Below are positions 29,846 to 39,205 of a stretch of DNA of 64,000 nt, one piece after another. The notes beneath the pieces were generated by a model, which saw only the letters and a list, made by a program, of their open reading frames with translations, did no database searches and had not been told where the DNA came from. A program made the translations under genes and the position numbers. The stretch covers positions 224,001 through 288,000 of the forward strand of contig OY761611.1 in the NCBI GenBank assembly GCA_963664875.1, in the 5' to 3' direction. Each line of letters opens with the position of its first letter. Within the stretch, counting starts at the first letter, position 1. This DNA comes from Candidatus Kapaibacterium sp. GTDB lineage: Bacteria; Bacteroidota; Ignavibacteria; Kapaibacteriales; UBA2268.

Positions 29846-30007
29846 TTAGAGTAGAAAGGATTGAGCATAAAGCGTCACGTGTGGGATTTGATTGGGACCG
29901 CTAAAAATGATGTTTGGGCAAAAATAGAAGACGAATGTTCCGAACTCAAAGATATGACTTTGGGAGAAATGGATGAACTATGGTATAAAGCAAAAGTAGA
30001 ATTATAA
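29839..30007 (+). pseudogene. mazG: mazG nucleoside triphosphate pyrophosphohydrolase remnant with a frameshift and internal deletion (not in ORF track)
   Basis: ALLRVERIEHKASRVGFDW then, in another frame, DVWAKIEDECSELKDMTLGEMDELWYKAKVEL*; both match hallmark MazG segments. Confidence 0.8.
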
Positions 30008-30050
30008 AAAAAGCAGGGTAGAGGTTTTTTTTAAATTCTCAGCCCTGCAT
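30006..30050 (-). terminator. Probable terminator
   Basis: A run followed by imperfect GCAGGGTAGAG / CTCAGCCCTGC stem. Confidence 0.6.
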
Positions 30051-30078
30051 TACCTATTTGACTTAAATCGAAAATAAC

Positions 30079-30315
30079 TTATTCAGCCCAGTGTGGCATA
30101 GCTTTCATGTAGTTACCAGCACGCTCAAAAGCCTGCTCTTTTGTGATATTAGGCTGCCACATCATCAGCCATTCTGAAATGCCACCTTGTATGGCTTCTT
30201 TTGGAGGAACTACACCGTTGTCGTCTTTGCAATATTTGCAATAGTTTTCGTGTTTGCCTTGGAAGTCAGGCATTGATAAAGGGGCACCGCAAGAGAAACA
30301 GAATTTTTGTTCCAT
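30079..30315 (-). CDS. Putative zinc ribbon protein (Zn_ribbon_2-like)
   Basis: FCFSCGAPL...YCKYC...MPHW. Confidence 0.8.
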   Translation of the reverse strand: MEQKFCFSCGAPLSMPDFQGKHENYCKYCKDDNGVVPPKEAIQGGISEWLMMWQPNITKEQAFERAGNYMKAMPHWAE

Positions 30316-30373
30316 GATCGAAATTCCTTGTTATTATTGTGAATCAATTACGATACAAAAATAAGCAGGCATG

Positions 30374-30393
30374 TATGACAACAGTGTGTCATA
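30374..30393. promoter_or_regulatory. Palindromic operator TATGAC-N8-GTCATA, predicted WYL-regulator site 1
   Basis: TATGAC AACAGTGT GTCATA, upstream of the zinc ribbon gene. Confidence 0.75.
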
Positions 30394-30431
30394 TATTTCG
30401 AGATATAAAAAATATTTAGAAAAAAATAGAT

Positions 30432-31058
30432 TTACCCTTCTACCTGAAAACGCAATACTGTTTTTAAATTCTCAGGTTCAACTTTTCTTGCATCAGTCAG
30501 ATAAATCTCTTTGTGAACTTTCGAAATTCGCTTGAGTCCGTTTTCTTCGGCAAAATTTTCCATCATAAGAAAACTTTCAGGTTCATTATCGTAACTACCT
30601 ATATGTAGCATTTGAATACATTTCCCTTCAGAAATTGATTCAAATCGTACTTTGTCTATCAAAGGGTTCACAGATTTGGATTTAACCATAGTAAGCATTT
30701 TCTCTGCATAATCTGAATTAACAAAATCAGGTTGCCTAATCATGAGATGGAATACTAAATCATTCTTGTCAAGCTGATAGTCCTTAGTTTGTTTTGCTTT
30801 TTCGTTAACATCCCAAAAACCCTCCAAGGGATAGACAGTGTATTCATAGAAACCTTCCGGTTGGATATTTTTCTTATGACTCATTCTTATAGCGTAAGAA
30901 GCAGAGTACAAGATTTCTATATATGCAGCAAAATATTCACTATTGGGATTGCCTTCACCTCGTATTGTGAAATATTTCATATCCGGTATTTCGATTATTT
31001 CCGGTTTACTTTTAGGGAGATAGAGACTCTTCTCTTTTTTACGCCATTCATGCTTCAT
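30432..31058 (-). CDS. GyrI-like small-molecule binding domain protein
   Basis: GEGNPN, VYPLEGFW, LMIRQPDFV, H.GSYD.EP, HKEIYLTD motifs. Confidence 0.88.
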   Translation of the reverse strand: MKHEWRKKEKSLYLPKSKPEIIEIPDMKYFTIRGEGNPNSEYFAAYIEILYSASYAIRMSHKKNIQPEGFYEYTVYPLEGFWDVNEKAKQTKDYQLDKNDLVFHLMIRQPDFVNSDYAEKMLTMVKSKSVNPLIDKVRFESISEGKCIQMLHIGSYDNEPESFLMMENFAEENGLKRISKVHKEIYLTDARKVEPENLKTVLRFQVEG

Positions 31059-31112
31059 GTCATACTCTCAATTAAAGGCCAGAATAGTTGGATAGTAAAA
31101 TACAAGAACAAG

Positions 31113-31132
31113 TATGACTACTGTGTGTCATA
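31113..31132. promoter_or_regulatory. Palindromic operator TATGAC-N8-GTCATA, predicted WYL-regulator site 2
   Basis: TATGAC TACTGTGT GTCATA, upstream of the GyrI-like gene and overlapping the WYL gene stop codon. Confidence 0.75.
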
Positions 31133-32069
31133 TATTCGAGGCAGTATATAGTTTTTCAATTTGTTTTATTCTTTTTTGTAGTTCTTCGCGCAATTCGGTT
31201 GGTTCAATTATTTCGACTGCACTGCCGTAACTTAGTATCATGCCAAAAAACCAGTTATCTATTGGCACTGTGTAATGTATATATATTCCGTCGTTTTTAT
31301 ATTCTTTTTTCCATTCTTTAAAATAATCGTCTATGATATATCTCATTTCATTATCGAAACGGAGAACTGTCTTTGTTGATACATTTTCTGATCTGGTCTG
31401 ATACGTTTTATCTAATTCTTCGATATCCAATTCTTTTCTTTTAAAATTACTATCCAGCATTTCGATATCTTTCATTCTCGAAATACGAAAAACTCGGAAT
31501 TCAGAACGCAAATTGCAGTATGAATATAAGTACCAAGAATACCATTTGAACATAATCATGTGAGGCTCGACGGTACGTTCTGTTTTTTCGCCTTTAAAGC
31601 TAATATAATTGAATCGTATCATTTTCGTAGAATTGATAGCTTCATTAAGCATCTGCATTTTGGTATTATCTTCATCTTTGATTTTTAGAGATGAGAAATC
31701 AAATCTAAGTTTTTCTTTTTTATCAAGAACAATATCCGAATTGGCAGACAGTAAGCCACGCAATTTAATTATTGTACTTTCCAATCTTTCATCGTGGTAT
31801 GTTGAAGAAAGCGACTCCAAGGAAGACATTATATAAAATAAGTCCTCGTTGTCAACAAGTCGGGCATCCAACTTGTATGTATTCATAATCCCAAATCCAC
31901 CATCTTTGCCCATTTCGGACACTATCGGGATTCCTGATTCGGATAGGTAATCCATATCACGCAGGATTGTGCGAACAGAAACATCAAAGTGCTCAGCAAG
32001 TTCTCGTGAAGAAACGATATTCTTGCTGAGCAGATAAAAAACTATTCCTAACAATCGTTTGATTTTCAT
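31128..32069 (-). CDS. HTH-WYL-WCX transcriptional regulator (YafY/DriD/PafBC-like)
   Basis: ELAEHFDVSVRTILRD winged HTH; R.VEP, WYLYSYC..R..FRVFRISRM; YG..VEI.EP.ELR. Confidence 0.93.
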   Translation of the reverse strand: MKIKRLLGIVFYLLSKNIVSSRELAEHFDVSVRTILRDMDYLSESGIPIVSEMGKDGGFGIMNTYKLDARLVDNEDLFYIMSSLESLSSTYHDERLESTIIKLRGLLSANSDIVLDKKEKLRFDFSSLKIKDEDNTKMQMLNEAINSTKMIRFNYISFKGEKTERTVEPHMIMFKWYSWYLYSYCNLRSEFRVFRISRMKDIEMLDSNFKRKELDIEELDKTYQTRSENVSTKTVLRFDNEMRYIIDDYFKEWKKEYKNDGIYIHYTVPIDNWFFGMILSYGSAVEIIEPTELREELQKRIKQIEKLYTASNI

Positions 32070-32075
32070 TTTTAC

Positions 32076-32366
32076 CTATAAAGTATAATCTACCGCTGCA
32101 GAATCTGTTTTATATTTAGCAATAAACTCTACTACTTTTATGTGTTCAGGATGCACTCGGTACGAGTTCAAATCATCCATATTTTCAAAAGCAGAAACAA
32201 GTGAAATATCCCATGCCCTTTCTCCGGGTACTTCATTTAGCCCTATTTCAAATTCCAAAATAAAAGGGATTTTTTTCTTTAAGCTTTCCAATTTTTCTTT
32301 GATAGCTTTTGCATTTTCAGCCTTATTTTCATCTTTAATTCTGAAAAAAACTAAGTGCTTCACCAT
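32076..32366 (-). CDS. Dabb family stress-responsive A/B barrel protein
   Basis: MVKHLVFF...Y..HPEH...VDY. Confidence 0.88.
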   Translation of the reverse strand: MVKHLVFFRIKDENKAENAKAIKEKLESLKKKIPFILEFEIGLNEVPGERAWDISLVSAFENMDDLNSYRVHPEHIKVVEFIAKYKTDSAAVDYTL

Positions 32367-32372
32367 TGTTTT

Positions 32373-32927
32373 TTACTCCGTTACTTTAACTTTTTCATCA
32401 AATAATCTATCTACTTTGTCTCTATTTACCATCATGTATTCTTCTAATGTAATTCCTTCTAAGGGGATATCAAAAATCTCAAAGAATGCTTTTCTTTCTA
32501 CATTCATATAATATTTTCTGTTTTGATGATTCAAGCTCATATCGATGATATTAAGTGAGATTTTATCATTAAATAGCTTGAAAGGAATCGTAGAAAAAGC
32601 AACTCTAACTCGGTCATGGTCGTCCCAAAATTCCTGATATTGCTCAGCAGTAAGCGGATCATCAGGATGAATTGTCTGATACTCGCCATAGTTTTCACAG
32701 AAGAGTATTATCGCAATTTTTCCTACAATTTTTATATCTTTTACAAAATTAAGGAATGGTGTTTCGTGAAGTTGTCTGACTACTGCTTCTTCTTTTTGCA
32801 TTTCTACTACTTTTGCACTATCAACAATTTGTTGAGTAGTTTTTTCTATCGGTTTTTCTTCTTCTTTTTGAGAACATGCACCAAAACTTAGGGCAACAAG
32901 CAAAGAGAGTAACAATACTTTTTTCAT
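32373..32927 (-). CDS. Hypothetical lipoprotein
   Basis: MKK plus hydrophobic stretch plus FGAC lipobox. Confidence 0.7.
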   Translation of the reverse strand: MKKVLLLSLLVALSFGACSQKEEEKPIEKTTQQIVDSAKVVEMQKEEAVVRQLHETPFLNFVKDIKIVGKIAIILFCENYGEYQTIHPDDPLTAEQYQEFWDDHDRVRVAFSTIPFKLFNDKISLNIIDMSLNHQNRKYYMNVERKAFFEIFDIPLEGITLEEYMMVNRDKVDRLFDEKVKVTE

Positions 32928-32930
32928 AGG

Positions 32931-34559
32931 TTAATCCTTATTTTGAGTAATATTTATTTTACTATATTTTGCATATATAATAGAAATTAGTACAAAGACA
33001 AAAGATATTTTGCCAATAAAATCTCCATACTTAGAATATATACTTATTTCTGTTATTGCAGGAACTTCAACTTTAATACCTGCTTGTTCGTATTGAGGCA
33101 ATTCTGATACGCTTTCTCCGGTTAGAGAAATCAAACCACTAATGCCTGAATTAGCACATCTTGCAATGAACCGTCTGTTTTCAATAGCTCTTGCTCTTGC
33201 AATCATATAATGCTGATAAGGCCCCGGAGTGTGATTATACCAAGCGTCATTTGTGATGATAACAAGAATATTTGCACCTTCATTTACGAATTGAGTACAG
33301 AATTCGGGATAAATAGATTCAATGCAGATGATAGTTCCTATCTTATATTCGAAATTATCTTTCTTAAAGTTTAAGGTAGAAATTGATTCACCTTTTCCCC
33401 ATGCAGAAATGCCAACTCCCCAGTTTAGAAAATCAGTAGCAAATGGTATATACTCTGCATACGGAATACGTTCTGCAAATGGTGTGAGTTTCGATTTTCT
33501 GTATATTTGTGGAGGATTTGACATGTTTGGAGAAATAAGCACAGAGGAATTATATGCCTGAAAATAGACAGTGCTGTCCCATGCTGCCTTTTTAGAAAGA
33601 GCTGGTGCCGTCTCCTTATCGAAGAGTTCATAACGAGCCATGCCGGTAATTAAATATGTACCCGATGTATCAATCCATCTCTGCAAAAATGAGAAATTGT
33701 TGTAGCAATTAAAGCTCATCGATAGATATGGTATCGCAGTTTCAGACCACAAAGCCACATCAGATTTACCGGAAACCTTTGCAAGAGAATCTTGAATAGC
33801 TATATGCTTTAAAACCTGTCCCTCAGGGGAGAGAGACCATTTGTCCCATGGATCCATATTGGGCTGAATAATAGAGATGTTTAGTGTGCTATTAGACGTT
33901 GTAGTTTCATAATTATCAACTTTGACATAGCCATAAACTATCGGCAAAATAATCAAAACAAGTATTGCCACAGAAGGTAGAGAAAAAGCCTTTAAGTCTT
34001 TCTTACTGCTGTCCGATAAATATTTTACAATATATAGCACGAGAGAGTTTACCGATGCTATTACAAATCCGGCTCCGTAAATACCCCAAATATCAAGCTG
34101 CTGTATCCAATAAAAAAAATCAATTTGGCTATAACCAATGTTCAGCCAAGGGTAGCTTAGTTCGCCTAAGCCGTGTCCCCACTCAAAAAAAGTCCAGATA
34201 AATGGGAAAGAGATAAGAGCAGTTTTGAAATTTGTTTTGCGTCTAATATATCGATAGAGAATAATCGGTATCAAAAAAAAGAAAGGATTTATTAGCCAAA
34301 CTGCAAACCCGGAAATAAAAAGATAAGGATCTGTGTTTTCCTGCCAGCTACTAATCCACCAATTAGACATTCCGTGATAAATAAAGAAAGTAAGATATGT
34401 TTTCAAAATATATTTAGAATTCTGAGACTCATTTTCAAATGAAAAAAGTAGCGGTACAAATGCAACAAAGGCCAAAAAGGGGAGAGGCATCGGAGGAAAA
34501 GCAAGTCCTAAAAACAATCCTGTTATAATAAATGGGATTAAACCTTTTAACTTGTGCAT
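32931..34559 (-). CDS. lnt: Apolipoprotein N-acyltransferase
   Basis: Multiple TM helices, YPW..IGYSQ, QPN, WSETA, YNS, K..L.PFAE, ICIES, TNDAW. Confidence 0.93.
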   Translation of the reverse strand: MHKLKGLIPFIITGLFLGLAFPPMPLPFLAFVAFVPLLFSFENESQNSKYILKTYLTFFIYHGMSNWWISSWQENTDPYLFISGFAVWLINPFFFLIPIILYRYIRRKTNFKTALISFPFIWTFFEWGHGLGELSYPWLNIGYSQIDFFYWIQQLDIWGIYGAGFVIASVNSLVLYIVKYLSDSSKKDLKAFSLPSVAILVLIILPIVYGYVKVDNYETTTSNSTLNISIIQPNMDPWDKWSLSPEGQVLKHIAIQDSLAKVSGKSDVALWSETAIPYLSMSFNCYNNFSFLQRWIDTSGTYLITGMARYELFDKETAPALSKKAAWDSTVYFQAYNSSVLISPNMSNPPQIYRKSKLTPFAERIPYAEYIPFATDFLNWGVGISAWGKGESISTLNFKKDNFEYKIGTIICIESIYPEFCTQFVNEGANILVIITNDAWYNHTPGPYQHYMIARARAIENRRFIARCANSGISGLISLTGESVSELPQYEQAGIKVEVPAITEISIYSKYGDFIGKISFVFVLISIIYAKYSKINITQNKD

Positions 34560-34732
34560 TTTTAGCTCCTGATTGCGTTTTCGTTTTTTGCAATTTAAGT
34601 ATTGTAGAGCAAATCATAAAGTACTACATTCAAATTTGCAGTAATTTAACGAACCTATTGTTTACCTTAGCTGTATAAGAAAAAGAAGAAAAATTTGTAT
34701 CTTGCATACTTTATTCTCTTAAAAAAGACAAT

Positions 34733-35677
34733 ATGAAAATAAGCGTAATCATTATTACACATAATCGACTTGAAGATTTGAAAAGAACTATTCCTGCATT
34801 CTTATCCCAATCTTATGAGAATAAAGAAATAATACTTGTCGATAACGCTTCCTCTGATGGAACTCCACAGTGGATTAAACAAGAGTATCCTTTTGTAAAA
34901 TACTTGTGGTTGCCCGATAATTTTGATATCAGAGCGATAAACATCGGTATAGAAATGTCTGATGGCGATATTATCTGGAGAACTGATGATGACTCATACC
35001 CTGAAAATCAAAATACATTTGAAAGAATAGTTGAGATTTTTGAGCAGAACAATGATATTGACATTATTGCTACTGAAGATGTTGAAGTAAGGCAAAATTA
35101 CAGAGTATGGGAGTGGTATCCGCTTAATGTGGACAAATCAAATGTACCGGAAAAGGGATTCCAATCAAATGTTTTCCCGGGAACAGGTGCCGCTATCAGA
35201 CGAAAAGTATATGATAAAATAGGTGGGTTTTGGGAGTTTGGTTTCGAAGAGTTAGATTTTTGTACAAGGGCTATTGTGGCAGGCTTTAACGTTAGATATT
35301 TTCCAAATATCAGAACTTTGCATTGGGCTTCTCCGAGTGGAAGGCAAAGCGGTACACGCTGGGTGAAAGTGTCTAAACAGTTCATAAGATACCACTGGAG
35401 ATATTTTCCATTCGCTCAGGCATTAGGACGCTCCTTTCAAATTTACTTCTTCCAGCTTACTGTTGCCTTGCTCCAAAGAATACCAATTTCTGCGTTTTTT
35501 GAAGGTGCATTTGGAATGTTAGCTACAATGTTTGGTACATATCGTGATGAAAGATCTGTAGTTCCCAAAGAAAAGATTAAAGATATCACTCTGGGAGTTA
35601 CAATAGGCAGGAATCAAAGAAAATATTTTGCGGATGTAATCAGAAAGAAATTAGGCAAATGGTTCAGAAAAAGCTAA
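34733..35677 (+). CDS. Glycosyltransferase family 2
   Basis: SVIIITHNR, VDNASSDGT, TDDD motifs. Confidence 0.9.
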   Translation: MKISVIIITHNRLEDLKRTIPAFLSQSYENKEIILVDNASSDGTPQWIKQEYPFVKYLWLPDNFDIRAINIGIEMSDGDIIWRTDDDSYPENQNTFERIVEIFEQNNDIDIIATEDVEVRQNYRVWEWYPLNVDKSNVPEKGFQSNVFPGTGAAIRRKVYDKIGGFWEFGFEELDFCTRAIVAGFNVRYFPNIRTLHWASPSGRQSGTRWVKVSKQFIRYHWRYFPFAQALGRSFQIYFFQLTVALLQRIPISAFFEGAFGMLATMFGTYRDERSVVPKEKIKDITLGVTIGRNQRKYFADVIRKKLGKWFRKS

Positions 35678-36885
35678 AAATACTTCAAATTTCTCCACAG
35701 TTTCCATTTCCGATGACTGATGGAGGGAAGATTGGCATAGCAAATATTTATAAAGAATATTCCGCTTTAGGGCACGAAGTAACCTTTTGTGCATATATTG
35801 ACAGCATAGTTGAACAAATACATATCCAAGAAGCTGAAAAATATGGTAAAGTTATACTTATACCTCATTCAACCAGAAATACTCCTTTAAAAATTGCCGG
35901 TTCTTTATTTAAAGCAAAATCGCTTTATACATCTAAGCATTTTTCGGAAGCAGCGTTTAGAGAGTATAAAAGTATTATTGAGTCAAATGATTTTGATATA
36001 ATTCATTGCGACCATTCCGCTATGATGCCTATTGCACTTGAGCTTAAAAAAATTACTAACATTCCGATAGCTTTAAGACTTCATAATATAGAATATACTA
36101 TCTGGGAAAGATATGCCAGTGTGTTAAGTAATCTACATCCTAAAAAGTGGTATATTCTGAATCAGGCAAAGAAACTTAGAGAAGAAGAATCTCATTTCTA
36201 TCAACAGGCAGATGTCTGCTTTGCCATCACTGAGGCAGACAAGGCGAGAGCGTATCAAATTGCAAGAGGTGCGAATGTTTGTGTTGCTACGGCTGGAGTT
36301 AACTTAGATGAATGGAAACCGCTACCCAATATCTCAAAAGAAAACGCTTTGATGGTTCTTGCTACAAATTACGATTGGATTCACAACGTTGATGGTGCGA
36401 TATGGTTCATCAAAAAGGTTCTTCCTCTGGTAATTAAACAATATCCAAATGCAAAATTGCAGTTAATTGGTAAAAATCCACCAGACGCTTTGAAACAATT
36501 ACAAAATAATTCAGTTGAAGTACTTGGTTTTGTTCCGTCAGTTAAAGAGTATCTGTCTAGAGCTAATATATACGTAGCTCCTTTATTTGTTGGAGGTGGC
36601 ATACGTATAAAAATATTAGAGGCAATGGCAATGCATCTACCTGTCGTTGCAACTTCTGTATCTGCAGAAGGTATAGTTGCCGGAGAAGCAGATGGACTTT
36701 TTCGTGCTGATAGTGCTCATGATACATCTAATGTCATCATACAGCTATTAGATAACAAAACACTTGCCTCTGCAAGAGGAACAGCGGCTGCTAAATTCAT
36801 TTCTCAAAATCATACTTGGAAACAATGCGTTGGCATAATGTCTGATTGCCTTCTATCTATTGTAAAAAAACAAAAAATTTATTGA
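35659..36885 (+). CDS. Glycosyltransferase family 4 (GT-B)
   Basis: HNIE and GGGIRIKILEAMA..PVV motifs. Confidence 0.9.
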   Translation: MVQKKLKILQISPQFPFPMTDGGKIGIANIYKEYSALGHEVTFCAYIDSIVEQIHIQEAEKYGKVILIPHSTRNTPLKIAGSLFKAKSLYTSKHFSEAAFREYKSIIESNDFDIIHCDHSAMMPIALELKKITNIPIALRLHNIEYTIWERYASVLSNLHPKKWYILNQAKKLREEESHFYQQADVCFAITEADKARAYQIARGANVCVATAGVNLDEWKPLPNISKENALMVLATNYDWIHNVDGAIWFIKKVLPLVIKQYPNAKLQLIGKNPPDALKQLQNNSVEVLGFVPSVKEYLSRANIYVAPLFVGGGIRIKILEAMAMHLPVVATSVSAEGIVAGEADGLFRADSAHDTSNVIIQLLDNKTLASARGTAAAKFISQNHTWKQCVGIMSDCLLSIVKKQKIY

Positions 36886-36933
36886 CCTAACAAGCCAAAC
36901 CCTCAATAATAGAATTTAAAAAAATAAGAATAT

Positions 36934-36976
36934 AAAAATGCCTGCAGCGATTTCATATAAGCGTCTCTACAGGCAT
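36934..36976 (-). terminator. Possible terminator for the TonB receptor gene
   Basis: A run then imperfect ATGCCTGCAG / CTACAGGCAT stem. Confidence 0.5.
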
Positions 36977-37032
36977 AGTAAAAAAGATAAGTCCGATATT
37001 GTTATTTTTATATATAAGTCATATTAGTCGCT

Positions 37033-38976
37033 CTAAAGATCTAAATCTGTGTTTATTCCTACTTTCAGCCATCTCCCGGGTATTGCTACATTGGGAATAT
37101 CAGAGACTTGATTATTTAAGATATTAGAAACTTCTGCATAAACTGTGTAATGTTCCTTTTGGAGATATAATTTAGCATCCAATATAAACAAATCATTATA
37201 TGGTTCTTCTGATTCCGGAGTTAAAGTAACAGAATTAAATTTGGTATAAGTTCCGTTTCTGTCTTGGTAGCTGAACTTCCAATCTGCTTTGATATTAAAT
37301 GCAAGATTGTGATTAAGAGATAAAGTTAGTTTATGTCTGAGGTTGTCCAATACGTAATAGGAGATATAGTCTTCACTGCTTTTGCTGTTCTCTGTAAAAG
37401 TATAGCTGATATTCAAATAGTTAACTGGAACAAAAGTATTTAATGTTTTGGTTAAATAGATATATGTTGAAATATCAAAACCTGTAGTTGTGAGTTCAGT
37501 TAAGTTACGAGTAGTCCATTTAGTGTCTTCAGGATTCTCCTTAATCCAGTCAATCATATCTTTGCCTTTTCTGACAAATACGGATGCAGTAGAACGCAAT
37601 ACAGAGTTGTTATATTTGATTCCGGATTCAACTGTATATGCTTTTTCAGGAAGTAAGTCAGGATTCCCTATGTTGCTCGGTCCGGTATAGAACAAATCTG
37701 TAAATGTTGGCATTCGCATAGTATTATTGAGAGATATAAAACAACTTAAATTATCGTAGGCCTTGTAGGATAAATCTATTCCTCCACACAAATTGGTATT
37801 GTATTCTTTTGTATAGTTAATAGCAGCTCCACCGCTAACTGAAAAGTCAGAAATTTGTAGATTATGTTCCAAAAATATGGAAGTTGTGTTTCTGGTATAT
37901 TCTTTTTTAAAGACTGCATTGTCTTCAAATGGCACATCTTTGTATTCTGACATGTCGTTACCGAGGTTAGTACTGAGTATATTTTCAGTTCTATATTCTA
38001 CGCCGAAATTTGAAATACCATAGTCAGAGATGACCGAAACATTCGCTTGTCCACCATAAGTATGAGTTAGATGGTAGTTGTGGTTTGAGTACCAAGCAGG
38101 AGCGTTAGAGCGAAAAAGCTCGAACCTGTCTTGATGACGTCTATAATATATTTTTGGAGTAAATTTTATTAGAGAGCCTGTTTCAAATTGGATAGAAGCA
38201 AAGCTAGTTCTTGTATGTTCGAATTGATTAGGATATTTTGGTGTGTAAAAGCTGTTAGCTCCAAATTCTTTATTGTTGTGTCCTACCTGCATCATAAGAT
38301 TAGAATTCCCGATTTGATGTTTGTGTTTTGCATATAAATTTAAAATATCAAAATCTGTATTTGGAATAAATCCATCTGATTTCATTTTAGAAACAGCAAG
38401 AAATGAAGATGTATTTTCAGTAGCAATCGTACCGTTTAAGCCGGTTTTGTATAACCCAAATTCTCCACCCGAAGCATTAAAAGAAAGGTTGTTGTTATTC
38501 TTTTGTTTAGTGATGATATTTATTGCTCCGGAAAAGGCATTAGGTCCAAAAACTCTAGAACCCGGACCTTGAAGAATTTCTATTCTATCAATTGATTCCA
38601 AATCAACTGGGATATTCATATTATGGTGTCCTGTTTGGGCATCTGTTATATTTATTCCATTGAGCAAAATCATAGTCTGATCGAAAGAACCGCCTCTGAT
38701 ACTTATATCAGATTGCACACCGAAATTACCTCGTTGTCTGACATCTACACCCGAAGAAAATTCTAATAGCTCAGGGAGTGATTGGACAGGTGCATTCTCT
38801 ATTTGTGCATTATCAATGATAGAGACAACTCTTGCTGATTCACTATATAGTTTGGGAACTCTGGTTGCTGTAACCGTTATAGGATTAATTTTGACAGTGG
38901 TTGTGTCTTGAGAAAATGATGTGTATGAAACTAAAAAAAGTGCGAAAATAACACAATAAATTTGATGGCGTTGCAT
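37033..38976 (-). CDS. TonB-dependent receptor (BtuB-like size; substrate unknown)
   Basis: Signal peptide, ITVTATR TonB-box region, plug motifs ISIRGG and IDRIEILQGP.S..FG..A.SGAINIIT, GNPDL.PE, PGR; ATG at 38976 with GAGG RBS. Confidence 0.92.
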   Translation of the reverse strand: MQRHQIYCVIFALFLVSYTSFSQDTTTVKINPITVTATRVPKLYSESARVVSIIDNAQIENAPVQSLPELLEFSSGVDVRQRGNFGVQSDISIRGGSFDQTMILLNGINITDAQTGHHNMNIPVDLESIDRIEILQGPGSRVFGPNAFSGAINIITKQKNNNNLSFNASGGEFGLYKTGLNGTIATENTSSFLAVSKMKSDGFIPNTDFDILNLYAKHKHQIGNSNLMMQVGHNNKEFGANSFYTPKYPNQFEHTRTSFASIQFETGSLIKFTPKIYYRRHQDRFELFRSNAPAWYSNHNYHLTHTYGGQANVSVISDYGISNFGVEYRTENILSTNLGNDMSEYKDVPFEDNAVFKKEYTRNTTSIFLEHNLQISDFSVSGGAAINYTKEYNTNLCGGIDLSYKAYDNLSCFISLNNTMRMPTFTDLFYTGPSNIGNPDLLPEKAYTVESGIKYNNSVLRSTASVFVRKGKDMIDWIKENPEDTKWTTRNLTELTTTGFDISTYIYLTKTLNTFVPVNYLNISYTFTENSKSSEDYISYYVLDNLRHKLTLSLNHNLAFNIKADWKFSYQDRNGTYTKFNSVTLTPESEEPYNDLFILDAKLYLQKEHYTVYAEVSNILNNQVSDIPNVAIPGRWLKVGINTDLDL

Positions 38977-39091
38977 TTGGTAAACCTCGAAATAAATAAT
39001 CAATTGTATTGATTATAATATTTCAGAGATGGCGATTATTTCCAAAAGAAAAAATATGGCATAGTTTGAAAATGCCCGAAATTATAAAATA

Positions 39092-39139
39092 TCAGACATA
39101 ATAACAGAAATGTAATAATGTATATAAATCTATAATCAT
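39092..39139 (-). other. Candidate 15-aa leader ORF MIIDLYTLLHFCYYV
   Basis: ATG at 39139 and TGA at 39092-39094, in the 5' region of the TonB receptor gene, followed by a hairpin and T tract. Confidence 0.4.
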
Positions 39140-39205
39140 ATCATAAATGATGTTACCAAATATTAAATAGGGTGTATCGTGAAAAAGGTTAAAAATAGAT
39201 AACGA

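Noticed and set aside
30079-32069. WYL-associated anti-phage defence island
   Set aside because: Neighbours are GyrI-like, zinc ribbon and Dabb genes; no nuclease, CBASS, BREX or restriction genes are present
38977-39205. Cobalamin riboswitch upstream of the TonB receptor
   Set aside because: Region is very AT-rich and lacks the GGGAA and GCCACTG B12-box elements
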